Assembly: GCA_035762085.1 (NCBI GenBank)
Contig: DASTPT010000072.1
Span: 3,956 to 67,955, forward strand
Direction of reading: 5' to 3'
Origin: Actinomycetota bacterium
GTDB lineage: Bacteria > Actinomycetota > UBA4738 > HRBIN12
Length of the DNA stretch: 64,000 bases
Position 1 is the first letter of the stretch; each line of letters opens with the position of its first letter. The position numbers were made by a program, and so were the translations under genes. Positions 46,449 through 56,323 of the stretch are shown one piece after another. The notes beneath the pieces are model-generated. The model did no database searches. It was not told where the DNA came from and was given only the letters and a program-made list of their open reading frames with translations.

Positions 46449-47951
46449 CTACTCCTGCTCGACCCAGTCGAACGTGCGGGTGACGGCCTTCTTCCACAGG
46501 CCGTACTCCCGCTCGACCTCGTCCTTGGGCATCTTGGGGTCCCACTCCTTGTCCTTGCCCCAGTTCGCCCGCAGGTCCTCGACCTCCTTCCAGAACCCGA
46601 CCGCGAGTCCCGCGGCGTATGCGGCTCCGAGCGCGGTCGTCTCCGCGACCGTCGGACGGATCACCGGCACGCCGAGGACGTCGGCCTGGAACTGCATCAG
46701 GAGCTCGTTGTAGACCATGCCGCCGTCGACCTTGAGGGCCGTCAGCGCGACGCCGGAGTCGGCGTTCATCGCGTCGAGCACCTCACGGGTCTGCCACGCG
46801 GTGGCCTCGAGGGTCGCCCGGGCGATGTGCCCCTTGTTGACGTACCGGGTGAGGCCCGCGATGACGCCGCGAGCGTCGTTCTTCCAGTACGGGGCGAACA
46901 GGCCCGAGATCCACGGAACGAAGTAGATCCCGCCGTTGTCCTCGACGGTCGCGGCGAGTGCCTCGATGTCGGGGGACTTCTCGATCATCCCGAGGTTATC
47001 GCGCAGCCACTGCACGAGCGCTCCGGTGATGGCGATCGAACCCTCCAGGCAGTACACGGCTGGCTGGTCGCCGATCTTGTAGCCGAGCGTCGTGAGCAGA
47101 CCGCTCTTCGACGGCACGGGCGAGGTGCCCGTGTTGAGCAGCATGAAGCAGCCCGTCCCGTACGTGTTCTTCGCCTCACCGGTGGAGAAGCACGTCTGGC
47201 CGAACAGGGCCGCCTGCTGGTCGCCGAGGTCTCCGGCGACGGGGATGCCGGCGAGGTCGCCGACGGCCGTGCCGTAGACATCGCTCGAGGGACGGACGGC
47301 GGGCAGCATCGCCCGCGGGATCCCCATGACGCCGAGGATCTCGTCGTCCCAATCCAGCGTCTCCAGGTTCATGAGCATGGTCCGGCTGGCGTTCGACACG
47401 TCGGTGACGTGCGCGCCACCGTCGGGGCCACCCGTCAGGTTCCAGATGCACCATGTGTCGATGTTGCCGAACAGGACCTCGCCGGCCTCGGCCTTGGCCC
47501 GCACACCCTCGACGTTGTCGAGGATCCACTTGACCTTCGGCCCCGAGAAGTAGGTCGCGAGCGGCAGACCGGTCTTCGGGCGAAGCCGGTCCTGGCCCCC
47601 GTCCTTGGCGAGCTCGTTGCAGATCTGATCGGTCCGGGTGTCCTGCCAGACGATCGCGTTGTGGACGGGCTTGCCGGTGGCCTTCTCCCACACCACGGTG
47701 GTCTCGCGCTGGTTCGTGATGCCGACGGCGGCGAGATCGCTCGCCTTCAGCTTCGTGTTCGCCAGCCCGCCCTTGATGACCTCCTGGCTGCGCGTCCAGA
47801 TCTCGTCCGCGTCGTGCTCCACCCAGCCCGGCTTCGGGTAGATCTGCTCGTGCTCCTTCTGGTCGATCCCGACCACCTTGCCCGAGTGGTCGAAGATCAT
47901 GAACCTGGTGCTGGTGGTGCCCTGGTCCAGGGCGCCTACGTAATCAGCCAT
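46449..47951 (-). CDS. glpK: glycerol kinase
   Basis: [15 protein letters not shown] and full-length FGGY-family GlpK similarity (500 aa). Confidence 0.97.
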   Translation of the reverse strand: MADYVGALDQGTTSTRFMIFDHSGKVVGIDQKEHEQIYPKPGWVEHDADEIWTRSQEVIKGGLANTKLKASDLAAVGITNQRETTVVWEKATGKPVHNAIVWQDTRTDQICNELAKDGGQDRLRPKTGLPLATYFSGPKVKWILDNVEGVRAKAEAGEVLFGNIDTWCIWNLTGGPDGGAHVTDVSNASRTMLMNLETLDWDDEILGVMGIPRAMLPAVRPSSDVYGTAVGDLAGIPVAGDLGDQQAALFGQTCFSTGEAKNTYGTGCFMLLNTGTSPVPSKSGLLTTLGYKIGDQPAVYCLEGSIAITGALVQWLRDNLGMIEKSPDIEALAATVEDNGGIYFVPWISGLFAPYWKNDARGVIAGLTRYVNKGHIARATLEATAWQTREVLDAMNADSGVALTALKVDGGMVYNELLMQFQADVLGVPVIRPTVAETTALGAAYAAGLAVGFWKEVEDLRANWGKDKEWDPKMPKDEVEREYGLWKKAVTRTFDWVEQE

Positions 47952-47979
47952 CTGTCCTCCTTTTCCGGTCGGGTCGTCT

Positions 47980-48618
47980 TCATCCGCCGCCGCTCCAGGA
48001 ATCCGCCGCCGCCTTCAGGAGCAGGTAGGAAGACGTGGCGCCCGGGTCCTGGTGGCCGGCGCTGCGTTCGCCCAGGTAGCTCGCCCGACCCTTCCGAGCC
48101 ACCCATGGGATGGTTGCCTTCATGCCCTCCTCGGCCGCCTCGGCCGAGCGCCGGAGGGCCTCGGGGAACGCCTCGCCCTCGTCGACGGCCTTGCGGAAGG
48201 CGTCGCGCGCGGGGATGAGCGCGTCGACCATCGTCTTGTCGCCCGGCTCCGCCTTGCCGCGCATCTGCACGCCCTCCACGCCCTTCTCCAGCGCGAGCGC
48301 CCAGTCGGCCGGCTCCAGGTCGGCCTTGCCGGCCGTGGCCGTGCCGAACTGGAGGAACAGCGTCCCGTACAGCGGACCGCCGGCGCCCCCGACGGTCGAG
48401 ACCAGCGTCATCCCGACCGTCTTCAGCAGCCCGCCGATGTCGCCGTTCGGCACGCCCTCGACCTTGCCGAGCACGGCCTGCATGCCGCGGTTCATGTTGA
48501 TCCCGTGGTCTGCGTCCCCGATCGCCGAGTCGAGCTGGGTGAGGTACTCCTTGTTCTCCGCGATGACGTCGGCGAACGACCGCACCCAGCGGACCGCGTC
48601 CTCGAAGGACACGCTCAC
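47980..48618 (-). CDS. dhaL: dihydroxyacetone kinase ADP-binding subunit
   Basis: [27 protein letters not shown] and [24 protein letters not shown] 48618 lies behind GGGGGTGG. Confidence 0.93.
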   Translation of the reverse strand: MSVSFEDAVRWVRSFADVIAENKEYLTQLDSAIGDADHGINMNRGMQAVLGKVEGVPNGDIGGLLKTVGMTLVSTVGGAGGPLYGTLFLQFGTATAGKADLEPADWALALEKGVEGVQMRGKAEPGDKTMVDALIPARDAFRKAVDEGEAFPEALRRSAEAAEEGMKATIPWVARKGRASYLGERSAGHQDPGATSSYLLLKAAADSWSGGG

Positions 48619-48640
48619 CTGCCACCCCCTATCGAGGGAC

Positions 48641-48671
48641 CCCGCCCCCGCGGCGGAGCCGCGGGGGCGGG
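48641..48671 (-). other. perfect 13-bp GC hairpin in the dhaK-dhaL intergenic spacer
   Basis: CCCGCCCCCGCGG cggag CCGCGGGGGCGGG lies between the dhaK stop (48689) and the dhaL Shine-Dalgarno. Confidence 0.5.
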
Positions 48672-48688
48672 ACCGCGCTCGGTGTCGA

Positions 48689-49690
<1,002 letters not shown>

Positions 49691-49748
49691 CTGTGTGCTC
49701 TCACCTCCGAACTCGACGGGGCCCCTCGGTTCGGAAAGCCCGAGCCTC

Positions 49749-50480
49749 TTACCACGTCACCGCCGTCAGCAGCCAATCCGCTGCGAGCGCGCCAAGCACG
49801 CCGCCGATGATCGGGCCGACGACCGGCACCCAGCTGTAGCCCCAGTCCGAGTCACCCTTGCCGGCGATCGGCAGGATGAAGTGCATGATGCGCGGACCGA
49901 GGTCTCGAGCCGGGTTGATCGCGTACCCCGTGGGGCCGCCGAGCGACATGCCGATGACGAGGACGAGGATGCCGACCGCGAACGGGCCACCGACATTTCC
50001 GCCGAGGCCCTGGGGCGCGAGCGCGATCACACCGAACACCAGCACGAACGTCCCGATGATCTCGGTGATCAGGTTCATGCCGTAGTTGCGGATCGCCGGG
50101 CCCGTCGAGAAGACGGCCAGCTTGAGCCCCGGGTCCTCGGTCTCCGGCCAGTGCGGCAGGTAGGCGAGCCAGACCAACAGCGCGCCGATGAACGCCCCGA
50201 CGAACTCGCCGGCGATCAGCTCGAGCACCTCGCTGAACTCGTCGATGCCCCCGAACTCGACCGCGAAGAAGCCCAGCGTGACCGCGGGGTTCAGGTGGGC
50301 GACGCCGTCGGTCACGGCGATGCTCGCGATCACGCCCATGAACACGGCCATGCCCCACGCCCAGGTGATGACGACCCAGCCGGAGTTCTGCGCCTTCGAC
50401 TTGTTGAGCAGGACACCGGCGACCACGCCGTCACCGAGCAGGATCAGCACGGCTGTGCCAACCACTTCGCCCATGAACAT
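49749..50480 (-). CDS. glpF: aquaglyceroporin / glycerol uptake facilitator
   Basis: Two NPA boxes ([17 protein letters not shown]) and six TM segments. ATG 50480 lies behind GAGGGGGTGG. The track start is 50519. Confidence 0.92.
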   Translation of the reverse strand: MFMGEVVGTAVLILLGDGVVAGVLLNKSKAQNSGWVVITWAWGMAVFMGVIASIAVTDGVAHLNPAVTLGFFAVEFGGIDEFSEVLELIAGEFVGAFIGALLVWLAYLPHWPETEDPGLKLAVFSTGPAIRNYGMNLITEIIGTFVLVFGVIALAPQGLGGNVGGPFAVGILVLVIGMSLGGPTGYAINPARDLGPRIMHFILPIAGKGDSDWGYSWVPVVGPIIGGVLGALAADWLLTAVTW

Positions 50481-50677
50481 GGCGACCAACCACCCCCTCG
50501 TCGGTGCCCGGGCGGGCACCCGGGGTAAATGAACCTTGTTCGAATACCCATGTCAAATCCAACCGGCCCTCGAAACTCGGGCAAGATGACCGATTGTCGT
50601 TCGACTGCGCTGAACAGGGACGACGGCTTGCGCCGCAATTGTTGACAGGGAACCGGCGCCGGGGCAGGGTTGCGTCC
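50481..50677. promoter_or_regulatory. divergent promoter/operator region between glpF and the dhaL paralogue
   Basis: The longest and visibly most AT-rich intergenic stretch of the window. Contains TTGACA at 50642-50647 and several TTCGA-containing half-site-like words (TTGTTCGAATA, TTGTCGTTCGAC, TGAACAG). No transcription start can be assigned. Confidence 0.4.
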
Positions 50678-51370
50678 GTGAGCGGTTCGGCGCCGCGCCG
50701 TGGCGGGACGGGGACCGACGAGGGAGCGCTCCTCCTGGACGCCTCGTTCGTCCGCTCCTGGATCCGGGCCGCGGCCGTCGACCTGGCCGCTCATCGAGAC
50801 TACCTGACCCAGCTCGACGCCGCGATCGGCGACGCGGACCATGGCGTGAACATGGACCGCGGCTTCTCCTCGGCGCTCCTCGCCCTGGAGGGCGACGATG
50901 CCTCGCCGCCGGGGCGCCTGCTCGAGGCGGTCGGCAACGCGATCGTGTTCAAGGTGGGTGGCGCCTCCGGGCCGCTCTACGGGACGGCGTTCCGCGGCGC
51001 CGCCTCCGCGCTGGGGGAGGCCGAGAGCTTCGGCGGGGAGGACCTGCTCCTCGCGCTCCGCTCGGCGCTCGATGGCATCCAGCGTCTGGGCGCGGCCGTC
51101 GAGGGCGACAAGACGATCGTGGACGCATGGATCCCCGCCGTGGCCGCGTTCGAGCGCGAGCTCCGCAGCGGCGGCTCGGTGGCCGACGCGTCCGCAAGGG
51201 CCGCGGTCGCCGCCGAGGAGGGCGCCCGCGAGACCGTGCCGATGCAGGCCCGGAAGGGCCGCGCCTCGTACCTGGGGCCGCGCAGCGTCGGGCACCAGGA
51301 TCCGGGGGCGACCTCGTCCGCGATGCTGTTCTCGGCGCTCGGGCGGACCACGCGCGAGCTGGCCGTCTGA
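50678..51370 (+). CDS. DhaL-domain paralogue (orphan, no adjacent DhaK)
   Basis: [27 protein letters not shown] and [21 protein letters not shown] are all retained. The start (GTG 50678) is uncertain. Confidence 0.85.
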   Translation: MSGSAPRRGGTGTDEGALLLDASFVRSWIRAAAVDLAAHRDYLTQLDAAIGDADHGVNMDRGFSSALLALEGDDASPPGRLLEAVGNAIVFKVGGASGPLYGTAFRGAASALGEAESFGGEDLLLALRSALDGIQRLGAAVEGDKTIVDAWIPAVAAFERELRSGGSVADASARAAVAAEEGARETVPMQARKGRASYLGPRSVGHQDPGATSSAMLFSALGRTTRELAV

Positions 51371-51449
51371 CCTCCGGTCGGTCGCGGGGCACGTCGCGGC
51401 CGCGGAGGGTCTAGTCTGGCTCCGATGGTCGGGGCGGCCAGGTGACGGG

Positions 51450-52250
51450 GTGACGGCGGAGCGCGGAACGATCCAGTCGGTGGAGCGCGCCGCGCGCATC
51501 CTCCGCGAGCTCGGGTCCGGAGCCGCCCGCCTCGGCGTCACCGAGCTCTCCGAGCATCTGCATATCGCGAAGGGGACGGTCCACGGGCTCCTGCGCACGC
51601 TCGAACGGCAGGAGTTCGTGGAGCAGGACCCCGAGACCGGCAAGTATCGGCTCGGCCCCGCGATGCTGCAGCTCGGGAACGCCTACCTGGACGCGCATGA
51701 GCTCCGCTCGCGGTCGCTGCTGTGGGCCGACTCGCTCGCGGGACGCGTCACCGAGGCGGTGCGAGTGGGCGTGCTGAACGGCCCCAGCGTCCTGATCGTC
51801 CACCACGTCTTCCGGCCCGACGACTCGGTGCAGATCCTGGAGGTCGGGGCCTCGATCCCGTGGAACGCCAGCGCCCTCGGCAAGGCCATCGTCGCGTACG
51901 TCGAGCCCGAACGACGGGCGGCGCTCCTGTCGGGCGAGCTCCGCCGGCTCACGGGCAGGACGATCGTGGACGGGGCGGAGCTCGGCGCGTCCCTCGAGCA
52001 GGTCGTCGAGACCGGCCTCGCGACCGAGGATCAGGAGGGCATCGTCGGCGAGGCCGAGATCGCCGCCCCGATCTTCGACCACCGCGGCGCGCCGATCGGG
52101 GCGATCGGGATCGCCGGCCCGGTCGAGCGGTTGCTCCCCGACGGCCCGGACGAGCAGCTCGCGGCGGCGGTCAAGCAGGCGGCCCGCGGTCTCTCGCGCG
52201 AGATGGGCGCGGGGCGCGGGGCGCCGCGCGCGGCCGGACGCGGCGGGTAG
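51450..52250 (+). CDS. IclR family transcriptional regulator (GylR-like by context)
   Basis: IQSVERAARILRELG...GVTELSEHLHIAKGTVHGLLRTL HTH plus an IclR effector domain. GTG 51450. Confidence 0.9.
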   Translation: MTAERGTIQSVERAARILRELGSGAARLGVTELSEHLHIAKGTVHGLLRTLERQEFVEQDPETGKYRLGPAMLQLGNAYLDAHELRSRSLLWADSLAGRVTEAVRVGVLNGPSVLIVHHVFRPDDSVQILEVGASIPWNASALGKAIVAYVEPERRAALLSGELRRLTGRTIVDGAELGASLEQVVETGLATEDQEGIVGEAEIAAPIFDHRGAPIGAIGIAGPVERLLPDGPDEQLAAAVKQAARGLSREMGAGRGAPRAAGRGG

Positions 52251-52258
52251 CCTCGAGC

Positions 52259-53188
52259 GTGGCCGAGCCGACCTCGGCGACGCGGACCGGCGGCGCGACC
52301 CGGCTGCCTCCCGCACGCCTGCTCGGGTTGCTCGTCCTAGGCGTCGTCTCGGTCGCGTTCTCGTCGATCCTCATCCGGGCCGCCGAGGCCCCGGCGATGT
52401 CCATCGCCTTCTACCGGAACGCCATCGCCGCAGCCATCCTGCTGCCGATCGCGCTCGTGCGGCACCGCGACGAGTTCCGGTCGCTCGATCGGCGCGGATG
52501 GGGGACGGCGCTGCTCGCGGGGGCGCTCCTGGCGGCTCACTTCGCGTTGTGGATCCCCTCGCTCTCGTACACGACCGTGGCCGCGAGCACCGTGCTCGTG
52601 ACGACGACGCCGGTCTGGGTAGCACTCGTGGGCCGGGCGATGGGGGAGCGCGTCAGCCGGAGCACCGGCGTCGGGATCGGGCTCGCGCTCGCGGGCGCTG
52701 TGCTGATCTCGGGTGGCGACTACGGCGTGTCGGCCCGAGCTGCGTTCGGCGATCTGCTGGCGCTCGCGGGGGCCGTGGCGGCCGCAGGCTACCTGCTCGC
52801 TGGGCGATCGCTGCGCCAACGGATCTCGCTCACGACGTACACGGGGATCGCGTACACGACGACGGCGGCGATCCTGGCGCTCGTCGTGGCCGCGAGCGAG
52901 GCCTCGTTCACCGGGTTCGAGCCGCGCGTCTGGGCCTTGTTCGTCCTCATGGCGCTGGTCCCCCAGATCGGCGGGCACACGGTGTTCAACTACCTGCTCG
53001 GGCACGTCCCGGCCGGCACGGTCGCGATCGCCGTGACGGGGGAGCCCGTGGTCGCCTCGGCGCTCGCGCTCGCGTTCTTCGGCGAGGTGCCGGCGTGGAG
53101 CGCGGTCGCCGGCGGCGCCGCGATCCTCGCCGGGATCTGGGTCGTGATCCGGACCGAGGCACGCGCGCGGAGCGGCCCGACGGGCTGA
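52259..53188 (+). CDS. DMT/EamA family transporter
   Basis: About 10 TM segments in two EamA-like halves. GTG 52259 lies 8 nt after the IclR stop. Confidence 0.85.
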   Translation: MAEPTSATRTGGATRLPPARLLGLLVLGVVSVAFSSILIRAAEAPAMSIAFYRNAIAAAILLPIALVRHRDEFRSLDRRGWGTALLAGALLAAHFALWIPSLSYTTVAASTVLVTTTPVWVALVGRAMGERVSRSTGVGIGLALAGAVLISGGDYGVSARAAFGDLLALAGAVAAAGYLLAGRSLRQRISLTTYTGIAYTTTAAILALVVAASEASFTGFEPRVWALFVLMALVPQIGGHTVFNYLLGHVPAGTVAIAVTGEPVVASALALAFFGEVPAWSAVAGGAAILAGIWVVIRTEARARSGPTG

Positions 53189-53239
53189 CGCGCGGGGATG
53201 CTTGCTCGACCCCACCCGCGGTCGTAGCGTCGCGGGGGC

Positions 53240-54058
53240 ATGACCCCCCAGACCCGTACGTCGGTCCTCATCGCCGTCGCCGCGGCGGCCGTGTTCACCG
53301 TGGGCGCGCTCACCGGGTACGCGATCGGCCGCTCCGGCGACGTCGAGGTCGTGGGGCCGGCCACGCCGGCCCCGAGTCCCTCCGCGGTCGTCTCGACGCT
53401 GCCGCCCGCGGTCCAGACCCCCGCGCCCGGCGAGGTCCCGGCGATCGGCACCGAGGGCCGGGTGCTCGCCGAGGGGACCCGGGCCGTCGTCGCGGTGGCG
53501 CCGAACGCGCAGTGCGTCGCGCTGATCACCGCGGGCGTGCTCGGCGAGTGCGGCGATGTGCCCGTCGCCGGCAACCGGGTCGTCTGGGTCGTCGAGTCCT
53601 CGCCCACGACCGCGGCGACGCGGGCGTTCACGGTCCGAGTGTTCACGTTCGTCCCCGACGAGAGCGGCTGGGTGGAATGGCTCCGCGCCGAGGATGCCGC
53701 CGGCGAGCGCTGGACGGACGTGAGCGTCGTCGGGCGCGACCTCACGAGCGACGGCGTCCCGGAGCTCGTCGTCGCCTTCCACGGGCAGGGCGAGACCCAG
53801 CCGTTGTCGGTGGACGTGGTCTCGTACTCGGAGGTCGGGGTCCCGCAGGTCGTCGCGCACGTGCCCGACGCCGATCACGGGTCGCTCGTGTTCGCGACCG
53901 GGGGTTTCGACATGTACGCGGGGCGCTACCCGTCGAACGAGCCGGCGTGCTGCCCGCCGGTGTTCGCGCGGCAGACGATCGCGTTCGTCGAGGGGTTCTT
54001 CCGGATCACCGCCACCGAGGACGTCGTGCCGAACGCCGTGCCGCCGTCGCAGGTGTAG
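53240..54058 (+). CDS. membrane-anchored protein, unknown function
   Basis: N-terminal TM (VLIAVAAAAVFTVGALTGYAI), Pro-rich linker, and an FG-GAP-like DLTSDGVPELVV motif. No family recognised. Confidence 0.55.
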   Translation: MTPQTRTSVLIAVAAAAVFTVGALTGYAIGRSGDVEVVGPATPAPSPSAVVSTLPPAVQTPAPGEVPAIGTEGRVLAEGTRAVVAVAPNAQCVALITAGVLGECGDVPVAGNRVVWVVESSPTTAATRAFTVRVFTFVPDESGWVEWLRAEDAAGERWTDVSVVGRDLTSDGVPELVVAFHGQGETQPLSVDVVSYSEVGVPQVVAHVPDADHGSLVFATGGFDMYAGRYPSNEPACCPPVFARQTIAFVEGFFRITATEDVVPNAVPPSQV

Positions 54059-54061
54059 GGG

Positions 54062-55276
54062 TCACGCGGGCAGCTCGAACCGCTCGGCCGCGTGCGCCGC
54101 CAGCACGCGCCCGATCGCGAGGCTGGCCGTCGCCGCGGGCGACGGTGCGTTGCGCACGTGCAGGATGCGCTCGGAGGCCTGGACCGAGAAGTCGTCGGCC
54201 AGCTCGCCGCCCTCGAGCACCGTCTGCGCCCGGATGCCGCTCGGTCCCCACGCCACGTCGGACTCGCCCAGCTCGGGCACGAGGCGCCGGCACGCCGCGA
54301 CGAAGGCGGCCTTCGAGACGTCTCGCCGCATCTCGGCCAGGCCGGCGCGCCAGTAGCGGCGCGCCAGACGGAGGAACCCCGGGTACACGAGGGTCGCGGC
54401 GGCGTCTCGAGGATCGAGGGCGAGGCGCGAGTATCGCTCGCGCGCGAGCGCCAGCACGGCGTTCGGCCCGGCCCACACCTCGCCGTCGATCCGCCTGGTG
54501 AAGTGCACGCCCAGGAACGGGAAGGCGGGGTCGGGGACCGGGTACAGGAGTCCGCGGACGAGCTCGCGCGCGTGGGGGAGCAACGCGAGGTAGTCGCCGC
54601 GGAACGGCACGATGCGCATGAGCTCGGGCGCGCCGCTCATCCGCGCCACGCGGTCGGACTGCAGCCCGGCGCACGAGATCACGTTGTGGGTGAGGATCGG
54701 ACCGCGCGAGGTCTCGACGACGATCTCGTGCTCCATCCGCTCGATGTCGGTGACGCGATGCCCGAGCAGGACCCGTCCGCCGCGCGACCGGATCTCGTCC
54801 GCGTAGGCCAGGGCGACACGCCGGAAGTCCACGATGCCGGTCTCGGCGAGGTGGAGCGCGCGGACGCCCGCCGCGTACGGCTCGATCTCGCGGATGCGCT
54901 CGGGGCCGATCTCCTCCAGGCCGCGCAGGCCGTTCGCCTCGCCCCGAGCCTTCAGGTCGGCCAGGCGCGACAGCTCGCCCCCGTCGACCGCCACGACGAG
55001 CTTGCCGCAGCGCTCGAACGGGATGTCGTGCTCCTCGCAGAAGCGCTCGAGGGCGTCCTTGCCCTCCCGGCAGAGGCGCGCCTTCAGCGAGCCCGGGGCG
55101 TAGTACAGCCCGGCGTGGATGACCCCGGAGTTGCGTCCGCTCTGGTGGAGCGCGAGGTCGTGCTCCTTCTCGATCACCGCGAGGCGGAGACCGGGCCGAC
55201 TTGCGAGGAGCCGGTAGGCGGTCGCGAGGCCGACGATCCCCCCGCCCACGATCACCACGTCGTATCGCTCGCTCAC
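54062..55276 (-). CDS. lhgO: L-2-hydroxyglutarate oxidase/dehydrogenase (FAD)
   Basis: YDVVIVGGGIVGLATAY and HQSGRNSGVIHAGLYYAPGSLKA match LhgO. GTG 55276. Confidence 0.88.
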   Translation of the reverse strand: MSERYDVVIVGGGIVGLATAYRLLASRPGLRLAVIEKEHDLALHQSGRNSGVIHAGLYYAPGSLKARLCREGKDALERFCEEHDIPFERCGKLVVAVDGGELSRLADLKARGEANGLRGLEEIGPERIREIEPYAAGVRALHLAETGIVDFRRVALAYADEIRSRGGRVLLGHRVTDIERMEHEIVVETSRGPILTHNVISCAGLQSDRVARMSGAPELMRIVPFRGDYLALLPHARELVRGLLYPVPDPAFPFLGVHFTRRIDGEVWAGPNAVLALARERYSRLALDPRDAAATLVYPGFLRLARRYWRAGLAEMRRDVSKAAFVAACRRLVPELGESDVAWGPSGIRAQTVLEGGELADDFSVQASERILHVRNAPSPAATASLAIGRVLAAHAAERFELPA

Positions 55277-55429
55277 ACCGAGAGCGTAGACGCCGACGAT
55301 GCGCTCGCGAGCGACGAGACGAGCCCACGATGCTCGAAGGCCTCTCGCCGTACGGGGAACATCCGATCGTCCCCGCCGTTCGGCCTCTCGACATGGGACA
55401 GCGTCGCCCGCGTCTGGGAGCATCGCGGC

Positions 55430-56263
55430 ATGCCCGGCATCGACCTGCACACCCACTCGAACCGCTCCGACGGGACGTTCACGCCCGCCGAGGTCGTCGG
55501 TCGCGCCGCCGAGCTCGGCCTCGAGGTCGTCGCGCTGACCGATCACGACACGACGGCGGGGCTCGACGAGGCGATCGCGACGGCCGTCGAGCTCGGCGTG
55601 GAGGTCGTCCCCGGTGTCGAGCTCTCGGCCGAGTACGACCGGACCTCGGTCCACGTCCTGTGCTACTGGCCGGATGTGACCGACCCCGATCTCCAGGCGG
55701 AGCTTCAGCGCCTGCGCGACGACCGGTTCCGGCGGGGCGAGCGCATGGTCGAGAAACTCCGAGCGCTCGGGTTCGAGATCTCGTTCGAGCGCGTGGCCCA
55801 GATCGCGGGCGGTGGGAACATCGTGCGTCCGCACGTCGCCCAGGCGATGGTCGAGGCCGGCATCGTCGATACCGAGCGCGAAGCGTTCGACCTCTACATC
55901 GCGGACGGAGGGCCGGCGCACGTCCCGAAGCACGCTCTCGACCCGGTCGACGCCGTCGGGCTGATCCTCCAGGCGGGCGGGATCTGCGTGCTCGCGCACC
56001 CGGGCATGTGGGGCCACCAGAGCTCCGTGCCCGAGGAGCTGATCGAACGCATGGCCGCCGCGGGGATGCAGGGCCTCGAGGTGGACCACACCGACCACGA
56101 CGAGGACACCCGGGCGCACTACGGGCGGCTCGCGCGACGCCTGGGCGTGATCCCCACGGGTGGCTCGGACTGCCACGGGGACCGGTACGACCCGATCCGG
56201 CTCGGCACGTCCGTGTGCGCCCCGGACCCCTTCACCGAGCTCCGGTCACTCGCGAAGCGGTAG
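55430..56263 (+). CDS. PHP domain metal-dependent phosphoesterase (TrpH/YciV-like)
   Basis: IDLHTHSNRSDGT, ALTDHDT and GGSDCHG motifs. Confidence 0.88.
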   Translation: MPGIDLHTHSNRSDGTFTPAEVVGRAAELGLEVVALTDHDTTAGLDEAIATAVELGVEVVPGVELSAEYDRTSVHVLCYWPDVTDPDLQAELQRLRDDRFRRGERMVEKLRALGFEISFERVAQIAGGGNIVRPHVAQAMVEAGIVDTEREAFDLYIADGGPAHVPKHALDPVDAVGLILQAGGICVLAHPGMWGHQSSVPEELIERMAAAGMQGLEVDHTDHDEDTRAHYGRLARRLGVIPTGGSDCHGDRYDPIRLGTSVCAPDPFTELRSLAKR

Positions 56264-56272
56264 GACGTCACG

Positions 56273-56303
56273 CGGAAGGGGCGGCCGAAGGCCGCCCCTT
56301 CCG
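56273..56303. terminator. bidirectional GC hairpin between convergent PHP and M6 protease genes
   Basis: 14-bp perfect stem CGGAAGGGGCGGCC gaa GGCCGCCCCTTCCG. Confidence 0.55.
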
Positions 56304-56323
56304 AACGACCGGCGGTGGTCGCC

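Noticed and set aside
44331-48218. 1295-aa plus-strand ORF
   Set aside because: It is antisense to the sdhB-like, glpA-like, glpK and dhaL genes, has a low-complexity Arg/Pro/Gly-rich translation with no motifs, and has no Shine-Dalgarno.
50530-50560. GTTCGAATA word resembling a tRNA T-loop (GGTTCGAATCC)
   Set aside because: The flanking bases do not form a T-stem, and no acceptor or anticodon arms can be drawn. It lies in the glpF/dhaL-paralogue promoter spacer, so I read it as a possible operator half-site.
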